A stretch of DNA of 61,216 nt, filler included, from Pirum gemmata (Eukaryota), in assembly GCA_002812295.1 (NCBI GenBank). It is 17 parts of 17 records of this genome, joined end to end, with 100 filler letters (N's around TTAATTAATTAA, not from the genome) between each part and the next. Parts side by side here need not be neighbours in the genome. Positions count along the whole stretch, not along the records: positions 10,110 to 13,375 come from PDIN01002925.1; positions 13,476 to 16,750 come from PDIN01002926.1; positions 16,851 to 20,132 come from PDIN01002927.1; positions 20,233 to 24,955 come from PDIN01002928.1; positions 25,056 to 28,329 come from PDIN01002929.1; 12 more parts are not named here. One strand, given 5' to 3'. Position 1 is the first letter of the stretch; every line of letters begins with the position of its first letter. The notes below the pieces were generated by a model that worked only from the letters and a program-made list of their open reading frames with translations, was not told the origin of the DNA and searched no databases. Made by a program: the position numbers and the translations under genes. Shown piece after piece: positions 13,103 to 25,485 of this stretch.

Positions 13103-14008
13103 GGCAATAGTAATTTAAAATTAAATGAAAATTAATTTATTGTTTCGTTATCTCTATCTCTTCAAAAAAACTTTTAGTAGTAAGCATTTTCGTTGTACAA
13201 AATAGCATTTCCGTGCCTATTATTATTGTTATAGTATTTATTGTTATTATTAACGTGATTGTGCTTATGATTATGATTATGGTTATGATTATGGTTATGA
13301 TTATGATTATGATTAAGGGTGTTATCATAATTGAGATTATGATTATGATTATGATGATTATGATTATGATTATGANNNNNNNNNNNNNNNNNNNNNNNNN
13401 NNNNNNNNNNNNNNNNNNNTTAATTAATTAANNNNNNNNNNNNNNNNNNNNNNNNNNNNNNNNNNNNNNNNNNNNACACTTAAACAGTACCAAATTAAAG
13501 ATTGAGAGGACAACTGTAATGAAATAGACGATATTATGTATGATAGAGGTATAATATATCATATTATACTACTTTTATACATCAAATACTCATAAGTAAT
13601 AAGTAAATAATAACGTTATGATACTGATAAACTACATAATAAGTTATAACACGATTGTGGACCAATTTGTGGTATCAATAGTTATACTCCTATAGATTAG
13701 TATGTATGATAGTTATACTCCTATAGACTAGCTAGTAGACCTATGTAATATTAAAGTCATTTGACGCTCCCCAGTACTACTTTGTAAAAGTCTTGCAAAA
13801 CCCAAAAAATACTTAAAAAAATTGTTATTAATACGTCATTCAGTATCAATTTTCTATAGATTACTAGACTAATGCATATATACTACTAGACAGACCTCAA
13901 GAGTCATGACTATTGATAAGGTGCTGTAGTAATTGAATCATTGTTGTTTTTGTTGATGTTGTAGTGTTGATTTTAATTTAAATAACGTTTTATTGTTGTT
14001 GATATTTT

Positions 14009-14652
14009 AGTTTAATTAATAAATAGGAATTAAATTTAAATGCACCATTCTGTTATTATTAAACTTTTTGTATATTTTGATATTTTGCGTTTACAATTTA
14101 TTTAACAAAAGCTTATTGTTATGGTTGTTAATATTATATCGTAATATTGATTTGCTATTAATATTGATATTAGTAAGATTTTATCATTTTAAATTATTGC
14201 TATTGTTACTGTTATTATTTGTTCTTGTTATTGTTACTGTTATTGTTATTGTTATTGTTATTGTTATTGTTATTGTTATTGTTATTGTTATTGTTATTGT
14301 TATTGTTATTGTTATTGTTATTGTTATTGTAGTTTAATTAAATAGGTATTAAATTTAAAAGCACAATTCTGTTATTATTAAACTTTTTGTATATTTTGGT
14401 ATTTTGCGTTTACAATTAATTTAATGAAATTTTAAAGCTTATTGTTATTGTTGTTAAAATATAATATCGTAATATTGATTTGCTATTGATATTGATATTA
14501 GTAAGGTTTTAAAATTTTAAGTTATTGCTATTATTATTGCTGTTATTATTTGTTATTGTTATTGTTATTGTTATTGTTATTGTTATTGTTATTGTTATTG
14601 TTATTGTTATTATTATTGTTATTGTTATTGTTATTGTTATTGTTATTGTTAT
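14009..14652. repeat. Tandem duplication of a unit of about 320 bp ending in (GTTATT)n
   Basis: agtttaatta(at)aaatagg(a/t)attaaatttaaa.gcac.attctgttattattaaactttttgtatattttg... occurs at 14009 and 14330. Confidence 0.85.
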
Positions 14653-15074
14653 TAGTCTACCTAGCTAGCCAGTCTATATAAATTCATATACCACAAAATT
14701 TGGAAACTGGTAGTAGGTGTGCTTTTTTGTTTGTTTTCTAGCTTTTATGCTTCATGAATCATTAGTAGTAGTAGTAGTAGTAGTAGTAGTATGACATATC
14801 ATATTACCAGTTCCTCTTGTAGTGAAAGCTATTGTGGTTGTTGTTGTTTATTTTATATATCATAGTCTAGTTACTAGTAGCTAGCTAAAGTCTACAATAC
14901 TATCAGACAGTAGAGGGCCAGTTTAGTCTACTAAGACGAGTATGATAACTATCGTGTTGTCCAGTTCAAACACTGAAATAAACATACTATATACCAAATT
15001 ATTATTATGGTTAAATTTAAACTATCAGACATTATTTAATTAATGTTGTATTTTATAAACAAGTTCAATTATAC

Positions 15075-15300
15075 ACTGAAACAGTACCAAATTAAAGATT
15101 GAGAGTACACCTGTAATGAAGTAGACAATACTATCATATTTATTTTATCACTCCGAATATTTATTTGGAGGATTAATAAAGATTGAGAGGACACCTGTAA
15201 TGAAGTAGACGATACTATCATATTTATTTTATCACTCTGAATATTTATTTGGAGGGTTATAATCTTTAAATTGACAATTTTTTAAATCAATATACAGATT
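15075..15300 (-). repeat. Tandem 84-bp duplication containing inverted partial copies of MITE family B; related sequence at 13476-13540
   Basis: aaagattgagag.acacctgtaatgaagtagac.atactatcatatttattttatcactc.gaatatttatttggagg occurs twice. 15222-15300 is the reverse complement of 15555-15630. Confidence 0.75.
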
Positions 15301-15459
15301 TTAGTCTATTGTGTAGACTACTTTATAATGGCAAAACAACTGAAAAGTCTAGGTTTGATAGATTAGCTAGTCTACGTCTTCCAGTAGTACAGACAACAAC
15401 AGACAACTATCAATATCGATACAACAATAGACCCCCCGGTCTACAATATAGTCTAGCTA

Positions 15460-15643
15460 GTGCTTTTCAGTTGTTTTGTCATCATAAAATATATAATAAA
15501 TAGTACCAAATTACTAAAATATAAATCCATTTGATTTAATTTGGTATATTTTATTATCTATGTATTGATTTAAAAATGCCAATTTAAAGATTATAACCCT
15601 CCAAATAAATATCAAGAGTGACAAACTAAATGAAAAAGCACGA
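15460..15643 (+). mobile_element. MITE family B copy (about 185 bp; TIR TCGTGCTTTTCA...TGAAAAGCACGA, flanked by TA)
   Basis: Homologous copies at 29884, 34558 and 40743 share the core ataaatagtaccaaattaatacaatataaatccatttaatttaatttggtata. Confidence 0.8.
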
Positions 15644-17446
15644 TACAACAACCACAATCACACTCTAGCTAGAGCTAGCTAGCTAGTTATCAATATCATA
15701 CTACTGCCTACTACTAGCTAGTAGCTAGCTAGTAGCCAGTAGCTAGTATGATAATAGACTGTGATAGTATCATACCTAGTATGATAGCTAGCTAGCTAGC
15801 TAGACCCCAGCTGATATTACAGTCCAATACTAAGCTAGCTAGCTATGATAGTAGCTAGACTCTAGCTAGCTAGTAGGTCACTGTAGGTGATGATTATCTA
15901 TTATGATATCTGATATTATTATAGACTTCAATATAGGCTATCAGTATGATAGTTTCTACCCTACTACTAGCTAGCTAGCTAGCTAGATTACAGCTACTAA
16001 GCTATCATAGCTAGTAGCTTTTAATTAATAGGGTATGGCAGAGGTATTGACTATGACCTAAGCCGTGACCTAGGGTATGACAGCTGAGGTATATTAGTCA
16101 GTTATTAGTCTAAATTAATCTAATAAATTAGTTTATTATTCTAAGAAAATTGGGTTTTTTTTTTTCCATAGTAGGTCCCGATTCCATACCCTGCTCAGTC
16201 CTGTTCACGGACCACGGTCTGTTGACTCTGTTCACAAGTTGAATCACAACTATTCACAGTGTTCACAACTTCACACTTCCCAGTCACAGTCTCACAGACC
16301 CAGTCTGTTCACACTTCCCAGAAATCATGTTGAAAACAAAAGTAACTGTTTACAAATCTACCTTCAGACTAATATATCGGTAGTGACCAACTGGAAGGCT
16401 TCTGGGGTGGCCAGCTGGCTCAGTTTTCTGAGTGTTTTCTGGCTGAGACTGGCTCACAGTTAATAATAAATAAATAATCTATAGATCATATTATTCATAT
16501 ACACAGATTTTTAGACTACTACTATCGGAATAATCGGATAGCTAGAGCTACTAGCTAGCTAGCTAGCTAGTAGGGAGGCTTTGGTCGGAGGCTTTGCCGC
16601 TTTGCCAGGCTTTGGTCGGAGGCTTTTGGAGCTACCTACTCTACTGGCTCATACTGCTAGGCTCATACTAGCTAGCAGTCAACTTAGTAGCGACGTGTCA
16701 TTTGTAAACCCTCAACCTTTTTTTTGTAACCCTAAAAAAAAAATTAGGTANNNNNNNNNNNNNNNNNNNNNNNNNNNNNNNNNNNNNNNNNNNNTTAATT
16801 AATTAANNNNNNNNNNNNNNNNNNNNNNNNNNNNNNNNNNNNNNNNNNNNCTGTTATAAATAATTTAAATAATGTAAATATAAAAAAGGAAAAAGTAAAC
16901 AATGTTAATGATATAAAATTACCACCAGGTTTTAAATTATCCAGTATCATAGTTTATCGAGGAGTTCAAGAAAAAAAATGTAAAAAAAAAAAGTTACACC
17001 AAGGACTTCAAGTCGTTGAAGTACTGTTGAAGTCCTTGGTTACTCCTTGGTTATACTTATATACACACATTGTTTTTTTAGGAGCTAGCTAGCAGTAGGT
17101 AGACCTAGCCAGTTGTGGGTGAAATTCCTTGAAAATGTTCTGATAATTTTGAGGTTGTATCGATATTCGTAAACCAAGTTAACCAGACCTTATACCTGCG
17201 CCTTTGGATTGGCTAATTTATTACTTATTATAAATAAATAGTAAACTGTAGACCTAGTTTTTTTTCTGTGTGAGTTTTTTTTTTTTTTTGTTTGAGTTTT
17301 TTTTTTTTTTTTTATCATATCAAAGACAGTCTATCGATACATAGACTATATATTATTTTATATAGACTATCTGATACTTTTATCATATATCGTACATAGT
17401 TGACGTGTGTTGTTATTTTTATTGTTGTTGTTGTTGAGGCTGCTGC

Positions 17447-17499
<53 letters not shown>

Positions 17500-17799
17500 C
17501 TGCTGCTACTACTATCTGATATCCTACTATAGCTATAGATAGCTATGCATAGCTAGTGTTTGTTGTGCTGTCTATTTTTTTTTTTTCTTTATTAGAAAGA
17601 GAAATAGAGGGAGTTAAATTTTAAAAGTTGAAATTTGTTGATTTGTTTCATAATACTTTGGTATAAGTTAATTATTTGATTGTCAGTTGGTTTTGACTGT
17701 TGTAGCTACTAGCTAGCTAGCTAGACTAGCAAACTATACATATGAAACAAAATTAATCAACAAAATTAGAACTATACAACTTTAACTTTTATAACCTAC

Positions 17800-18967
17800 T
17801 GCTCCTCCTTTCTATAAGGAAAACAGAACCTATCTTTCAACCATGTTTGCTTCGAAGAAAACAAACAATTAGAAGGGTTAATCAAAGAGAGTGGATATAT
17901 CGTTGACGTGGAATCAAATATTAGTGACAGCAGCTTTAAAAATGCTACACAGATAGGTGTAGAAGATGTTACTGTCAATGTGTGTTGAATTGCAATTGCA
18001 AATGATAATAACTGCTACTGATACAACCAACAAGTAAAACTACTACTGTTTACAACGGAATAAACTTGTTGGGGTTGGGAAGTGCTGTAGATTCTTTCGC
18101 TAAATCATGGGTTTGTAAACTTGACAACTGCAGTATCGGCACAATTGGAATTGTTAACAACAGACTGTCACCAAGATCAACCGTTGCAACCAACACGGGG
18201 AGAACGACAAAGTAGAGGTTTAGGTTCATTACTCGAAGATGCTAAGGCAATAACCAGTGGCTGTAACTGTGGAAACTAAGACGGCAATCAATAACTTGGT
18301 GGCTAAAACAGCTAAGACAGCAACTGGTACCTTGGACGAAGCTGTGATTATGGCGGATAAGACAGCTAGAGCCAAAATGTTACCTGCAGCTTACATAGAA
18401 CACGCTGCTAAACTAAGATATGATGCAATTCTTCAGAAAATGATTGATGATTCAATTGCTGAGGGGCTTATAGACGTCGCTGATGTTGTGGCCAGGAGGG
18501 CCAAAATTGCAGCTGCAGAAGCTAAAGCCGATAAAGCCGGCAACCATGGGATGACGATAAAGTTGATCAGCCCATTAGCAAAAAATCCAATGGACATGTT
18601 AATTAACTGACATAGATCACGCTACAAAACTAAAAGATGATGCAGCCCTTAAAAAGAAACTGGTTTTAATGATGGAATTGCTAAGGGGCTCATAGAAGAG
18701 GTTGAAATTGTGGCCGGGAAGGCTAAAATTGCAGCTGAAGAAGCTATAGCCGGTGAAGCTGATACTATGGGAAAGCAACTTGACGATACACCAGATATTG
18801 GTCTATTAAACGATGCTGAAGAACAGCCCATGCATATGGTACAAAAACAAAATGCTGGTTCACTAAGAGAAAATGATTTTCCACGAGGTGATGCTGAAGA
18901 TCAAAATATACTACAAAGCCTAAATGCGAGGGGTGCAGCAAAGAGAAAACAGAAAGTAATTAGCTGA
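17800..18967 (+). pseudogene. Decayed coding sequence of unknown function with an internal repeat of about 35 aa
   Basis: GC-richer island with coding-like runs broken by frameshifts and stops. Repeat: DDSIAEGLIDVADVVARRAKIAAAEAKADKAG versus NDGIAKGLIEEVEIVAGKAKIAAEEAIAGEAD. Confidence 0.5.
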
Positions 18968-19184
18968 CATAAAAAAAAGGAATAAAGAAACGGAGAAAGT
19001 TGAAGCCATCCAAAAACACCAATTGAAAGGAGTAGCAAATTAAATGAAGGAAAACTTTGGTATGACGAAGTTGTTTGTGTCAGTCCTTATTAAAAAATTT
19101 AATTTTCTTTTTCCTGGGGTCTTTCAACCCTCTTTGGCAACGGTTGCAGATCCGGAATCGTTAGTACAAATAAGGAGCAGTATA

Positions 19185-19323
19185 GGAGCGTTCAAATACT
19201 GCGTAACGCCAATTTCCTGTACCTTAAAAAATACCCCTACCTACCTACCCCTCGACGTTAATTTCTGGTCAAATACCCCCTACCTACCTACCCCATTACG
19301 TGACGTATTATTTGAACGCTCCC
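19185..19323 (+). mobile_element. MITE family A copy (PIF/Harbinger-like TIR GGGAGCGTTCAA)
   Basis: ggagcgttcaaatactgcgtaacg...cgtgacgtattatttgaacgctccc, with internal tacccctacctacctacccc repeats shared with the copies at 24688, 30400 and 33863. Confidence 0.8.
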
Positions 19324-20335
19324 ATCAATAAATACCAGTACAAGGGAAAGCTAGCTAGCTACTACTACTACTAGTGTAGGTAGTAGTCTAGCTAGCTAGC
19401 TAGTATCAAAAAAAAATGATATGAGTTATGGGTTGTGCTAAATGAGTTGTCTGAGTTGTGTATCAATATTGAGTGTAGGGAGGGTGTAAATCAAGGTATG
19501 TAAAATTGTAAATCAAGAGCTTTCAAAGTTCTTGCATTTATTATACGATATTTATAATATTATTATAAACGGGAGAAAAAAATTGAAAAAACTGAAGAAA
19601 AACACAAAAAAACGAACATTATTAAAATTTTAATAGTTCACTATCATGATTTCTCTACTTTGTTCTCTTTTAATTTGTTGCTTATCATTAAGATTTGATG
19701 GAAGCAATGGTTTGTTGTGTATATTTTGAACATAATATAAAGTTCATATTCCCATTTTGGTTTTCATTTTTAGTTTTTATTATTCGTTTTCTTTTTGTTA
19801 TTGTTTTGTTTTTTATTATTATTCAGTTTCTTTTTTTTTTCTTCTTTTTCATTTTTTTTTTTATTACTATTATTTATTTATTATTATTATTTATTATTAT
19901 TACTATTAATTTAAAATCTATTATTTATATCATACTAAATATAAGTTATTTGCAATTGTTATTCCTTTTTTCTACTTTTTCTTTTTATCTTGATTTTTCA
20001 TTACCCAGCAGCAGCAGCAGCAGCAGTAGCAGTTTTGCTATTATTATCATATCATCATCATCATCATTATCGTTATTATTATTATTATTATTATTATGAT
20101 TATGATTATGATTATGATTATATGATTATGATNNNNNNNNNNNNNNNNNNNNNNNNNNNNNNNNNNNNNNNNNNNNTTAATTAATTAANNNNNNNNNNNN
20201 NNNNNNNNNNNNNNNNNNNNNNNNNNNNNNNNTTATTATTATTATTATTATTATACAATGGAAATATATACATAATTTTTGTTTTTTTTAATTTATTTTA
20301 TTATTAAAATTTAGTAAAAAGTTAAAAACACTATA

Positions 20336-21817
20336 ATGGTAACGAGTATAGAAACTGCTTTCAGTTCACCAATATTAGCAGGAAAAATGTCAAACATTAA
20401 ACATCAAAGTGATCCTGCGAATTTCGGTAAAAATAAAAATGAAAGCAAAGGAAAAAACCAATATACAATGCAAAACACGAGTCCTGATGGTATAATAAAT
20501 AAAAACAATAATATTAATGACAGTAGCAGTAATAACAGTGTCAACAGGGACGCAACAACAATAACAGCAATAACAACAACAATAACAACAACAACAAGCA
20601 ACAACAATAATTACAATAACAATAACAATAACAACAATAGTGAATATAATAATAATGATAGTAATAATGTGAGAAAATTAAGAAAAAGTAAAAAGCCATA
20701 TTCATCCAATCATCTAACCACCTTACCAGAAAAAGATAGTTTAGATAACAATAATAACAATGATAGTTTAGAAATAAGTAAGAACAAGAGCAAAAGTGAA
20801 AAAACCATAACCACACCACCCAACAAAAATTTGTTTAAGCGCCTCAGTGATGCAACACAGAAAATGTTCAGTCAACAACAACCACAAGACAAACGAGATG
20901 ATACAGAAGAACAAACTAAATCAAAATCTTCGATGAAATCAATATCACCAAACACTTCACCAACATTGTCCCAAAAATCATCAATCAAATCAACACACAC
21001 GAAAGATTCCCAAGATGAAACTGTAAATAATGATACAACAACAACAACAACAGCAACATCATCATCATCACCAAATGACACCTCGCAATCACAAACTAAA
21101 GAGCAGCGTATCACTAATCCAAACCACAAAGAACAAAAACACGATTTTTATGAAAAAGTTTGTAACATATTTCAGAATGATGATTACCGGCTGGCAGCCC
21201 CAAAAGAATTAATACAAAGTAATGAGTTATTAGGTAGAACAAGAAGAAAACAGATCGAAAGCAGAGGTGGTAAGTATAAAGATCTTCCACCTGCATTTGT
21301 TGTCTACGTAGCTCACTTAGTAAAAACCAGTTCACCAGTTTTGAAAAAACAACAAAGTAGTAGATCAGATTACAGTAGATCTGATTACAGTCATCGTGAT
21401 TGTGACAGTAGTTTGGCAATGAGTAGAACCAGTATTAGAAGTAATAATAGTAGTTTTAGTTCCAATAGTAATAATAATAATAATAGAAATAGTTTTCCGG
21501 GTGGGTTAGGAGCTAGTAATGCTAGTACATATAGTACTGTTAGAAGTAGTAATAGCCATGGTGATTATAGTTATAGTGCAAGTAAGTGCAGTGATCAAGT
21601 TAATTATTTATGGAAATATAAAACTCGAAAAAAGGATGAAGTGGTTATTCAAATTAATCAAACAAACATATCAGTTACACATCAAGCAAATTATAATGAA
21701 AGCCATTCCAAAAAGAAAAAACATGGTAACAAAAGTAGCAATAATAATAATAATAATAATAGTAATAATAATAATAATAGTAATAATAATAATAATAGTA
21801 ATAATAAACATAGCACC
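20336..21817 (+). CDS. Long Asn/Ser/Thr-rich ORF with a possible PTB/PH-like globular segment, in frame with the downstream Hsp70 start
   Basis: 494 open codons. The segments PPAFVVYVAHL...VNYLWKYKTRKKDEVVIQINQTNISVTH loosely resemble the N-terminal strands of a PTB domain (weak). Confidence 0.55.
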
Positions 21818-22147
21818 ATGCCTAGAACAGCTTTTGCTTTCAAAGTTGGAAATGCAACTTCTTGTTTTGCTATTGCCAAAGTATGTTGATAGTGTGTTTA
21901 ATTAGTTATTAAGTGTTGATTGTGGTTGTGGTTATGGTTGTGGTCATGGTTGTGGTTATGGTTGTGGCCATGGTTGTGGTTATGAAGTTGTGTTTGTGGG
22001 GTTGTGGTTATGGTTGTGGTTATGGTTGTGCTTGGTTGTGGTTATGATTGTGGTTATGGCTGTAGTTGGTGTGTTTGGTTGTGCTCATGGTTGTGATTGT
22101 GATTAAAATTGTTATTATTATTATTATTACTATTATTATTATTATTA

Positions 22148-22178
<31 letters not shown>

Positions 22179-22214
22179 GTTGTTGTTGTTGTTGTTGTTG
22201 TTCTTGTTGTTGTT

Positions 22215-22267
<53 letters not shown>

Positions 22268-22386
22268 NNNNNNNNNNNNNNNNNNNNNNNNNNNNNNNNN
22301 NNNNNNNNNNNNNNNNNNNNNNNNNNNNNNNNNNNNNNNNNNNNNNNNNNNNNNNNNNNNNNNNNNNNNNNNNNNNNNNNNNNNNN

Positions 22387-22430
<44 letters not shown>

Positions 22431-22722
22431 GCTGTTGTTGTTGTTGTTGTTGTATATTTTTCTCTTTTCTTGTCAATTTTGGATTTATTTATCATATCAT
22501 ATTATGTTTTCTTATATGATAATTTTTTGTCATTGTTTTTGCAAACTTGACATCATTTTAAGGATGATGGCACTGCGAAAGTTATTGAAAATTTGAATGG
22601 TGAAAGAACAACCCCTGCGTACCTAGGTTTCACTGATCATGAAGCTGAAATAGGATCTGCTGCGAAGGAACATATAGTTCGAAATGCCCCAAACACGGTT
22701 TTTGCCTTGAACAAAGTTTTAG
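21818..22722 (+). CDS. Atypical Hsp70 (HSPA14/Ssz1-like) N-terminal NBD, exons 21818-21880 and 22563-22722, 3'-partial
   Basis: A phase-0 splice (AAA|gtatgt...tttaag|GAT) gives MPRTAFAFKVGNATSCFAIAK|DDGTAKVIENLNGERTTPAYLGFTDHEAEIGSAAKEHIVRNAPNTVFALNKVLG. This matches the Hsp70 N-terminus with a degenerate GIDLGTT loop. Confidence 0.8.
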
Positions 22723-23726
22723 GTATATGTTGTTATCTTTATCAGTATCCCCAATATTATATTATTATTATTATTATATTGCTGTGGTGGTGGTGGTTAT
22801 GTTTTTGCCGCTGCTGTTGCTGTTGGTATTGTTGTTGCTGTTGAGGTTGATATTGTTGTTGCTGTTGCTGTTGGTATTGTTGTTGCTGTTACTGTTGTTA
22901 TAGTCGTTGTTATGGTCGTAATTATAATTGTTGTTATGATTGTTGCTGTTACTGTTGTTGTTTTATTGCTGTTGTAAATGTTATCGTTATCGTTATCGTT
23001 ATCGTTATCGTTATCGTTATCGTTATCGTTATCGTTATCGTTATCGTTATCGTTATTGTTATTGTTATTTTTATCGTTATCGTTATCGTGATCGTGATCG
23101 TGATCGGGATCGTGATCGTTATCGTTATGTTTATTCATTATCATTATCATTATCCATTATCTTTATCCATTATCATTATCATTATCACTATCGTTAGCAT
23201 TAGCATTATCATTATCGTTATCGTTATCTCTGTAATTACCATTATCACTATCATTATCACACCATTATCATTATTTTTATCATTATCATTACCGTTATCG
23301 TTATTTTTCTTGTTTTCGTCGTTGTCAGTTTTTTTTGTCGTTGCTTTTGTCGTTGTTTTTGTCGTTGTTTTTGTCGTTGTCGTTATTTTTGCGGATGTTG
23401 TAATTCCTTATCTTTTTGTTAAACAATTATTATTGTTATACAAGTATTTTTATTTTATATTGCTATTAATATTGTTGTTGTTGTTGTTGTTNNNNNNNNN
23501 NNNNNNNNNNNNNNNNNNNNNNNNNNNNNNNNNNNNNNNNNNNNNNNNNNNNNNNNNNNNNNNNNNNNNNNNNNNNNNNNNNNNNNNNNNNNNNNNNNNN
23601 NNNNCACACCCACACCCACACCCACACCCACACCCACACTCACACGCACACGCACACACACACACACACACACACGCACACACACACACACACACACAAA
23701 CCAGCGCAAAATTACAACCATCGTAC

Positions 23727-24547
23727 CTGTTTTTCGTCCAACGATGAATAATCACTAACACAGTCTTCTTCTTTTAAGCTCATCATTCCCAAAGCTTTGG
23801 AAGCATCACGTGCGGCAAATACAGAGTAAGCCTTGCCTTTCGCGTATGATTCTTTTCTTTCGGTGACATCAAAAACTACACCTAAACAATAACAAGGTAA
23901 GAGTAATGCTATTAAAGATGAAGATACAACAACAGCAACAACAGCAACCTTACTAACCCTTACCTTAACCCGACTAACCCTAACAATAACCCTAACGTTA
24001 CTAATATTAACCTAACCTTACTAACCCTAACCCTAACATAACTAACCCTAAACTTTACCATACTAATCGTTATCATAATCCTAATCCTGCTAATCCTAAA
24101 CGAAAGTTAGACTTGAATTACAAATCTGTGGAACCTTAACTTTAACCGTAACGCAAACCCAGAACATTGCTTTTACCTTGCTATTAACCCTAACTTGGAC
24201 CTAAACCTTTACTCTAAGAGCATACCTTAACCCAAATCAATACGCTGTTGTCAAATACCTTTTACCACTAAGTAACACTTTTTATCACCTTCCCCATTAA
24301 ACTCTTTTATTTCTTCAGCAGTAAAAGATTTATCAGGAATCACAAGAGCCTCAACTTCGGCATCACTCAAAGTTTTCACTTTAACCACCGGTTCGGGCTC
24401 TTTGGTTTTTGGTGATGAACTTGTTATTTCAACTTGTTTTTTTTTGGAACGGCTTTTAGGATTATGTGGTTGATAGTAAACTTTATAATAGCAAATAGTG
24501 AAAATGAATATTAAGATTGGTAGTATGAAGTTGTTGTTATCAAACAT
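23727..24547 (-). CDS. Membrane-associated progesterone receptor / Dap1-like cytochrome b5 haem/steroid-binding protein (exons 24547-24259 and 23881-23727; last exon probably in the gap)
   Basis: N-terminal TM anchor, then the spliced FTAEEIKEFNGEGDKKCYLVVK|GVVFDVTERKESYAKGKAYSVFAARDASKALG, which is the MAPR signature with the haem-ligating Tyr. Confidence 0.9.
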
Positions 24548-24687
24548 GTTTGTAATTGATGCTGTGGTTTAGTTTAGAAGACTAATGTTTTTGTCAATTT
24601 TTAATTTTGATTATTATTATTTATAAATAATGTGATAAGAAACAAAACAGATATTTACATAATATAATAATATAATTATAACATTAA

Positions 24688-24832
24688 GGGAGCGTTCAAA
24701 TCATATATAACGTCAAGGGGTAAGTAGGTAGGTGGTATTTGACTGGAAATTAACGTCAAGGGGTAGGTAGGTAGGGGTATTTGAAGCTGTATTGGACCGG
24801 AAATTGGCGTTACGTAGTATTTGAGCGCTCCC
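24688..24832 (-). mobile_element. MITE family A copy, about 140 bp upstream of the MAPR start codon
   Basis: gggagcgttcaaat...atttgagcgctccc termini; inverted relative to the 19185 copy. Confidence 0.8.
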
Positions 24833-25440
24833 TACAATAGACTAATAATATTATTAGTCGAAAATACAAGAGTTTCAAATGTAATATCAAATATTTATTT
24901 GGCTGGTTATAATATTTAAATTGATACTTTTAAAAAAATAAATATATATTAAAATNNNNNNNNNNNNNNNNNNNNNNNNNNNNNNNNNNNNNNNNNNNNT
25001 TAATTAATTAANNNNNNNNNNNNNNNNNNNNNNNNNNNNNNNNNNNNNNNNNNNNATATAGTTAATATATACAGTCCACTACAATTTCTACAAATCTTAA
25101 CTCTCCAGTGCTCTAGAAAACAAATCGAAATATTTTGAAATTTTCATAGACCTGCTGTATATACAAATACAATACAAATGTTCAATGCATTCTACTCTTT
25201 AACCTTAAAGACGTAACTAGAATTATGTTATGGAGGGAAAAAAATGTTAAGTTAGCATCGTTCTTACCACTTAATCATTATTATCTCAATCATTAGCTGT
25301 TGTTGTTGCTATTTTTAAACTTTTACATTTAAAATTTTACTTTATCTATCTCGAATTACAAATTACAAATACCGATACATGTTTTGAAACTGTTATCACA
25401 TCACCACTTTTATTAATTATGTTATAAAAAATAATAACTC

Positions 25441-25472
<32 letters not shown>

Positions 25473-25485
25473 ATTAATTTTTTAG

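Noticed and set aside
10622..14337. Numerous ORF-track entries rich in poly-L/I/V/C/Y (also 1765-2993 on +, 9095-9643, 22066-23761, 33124-33637, 41472-42268)
   Set aside because: They are translations of (AAT)n, (GTT)n, (GTTATT)n, (ACT)n, (CA)n and (TATTG)n microsatellites with no coding signal.
19044..19331. 95-aa ORF
   Set aside because: Its C-terminal half is a chance read-through of a family A MITE.
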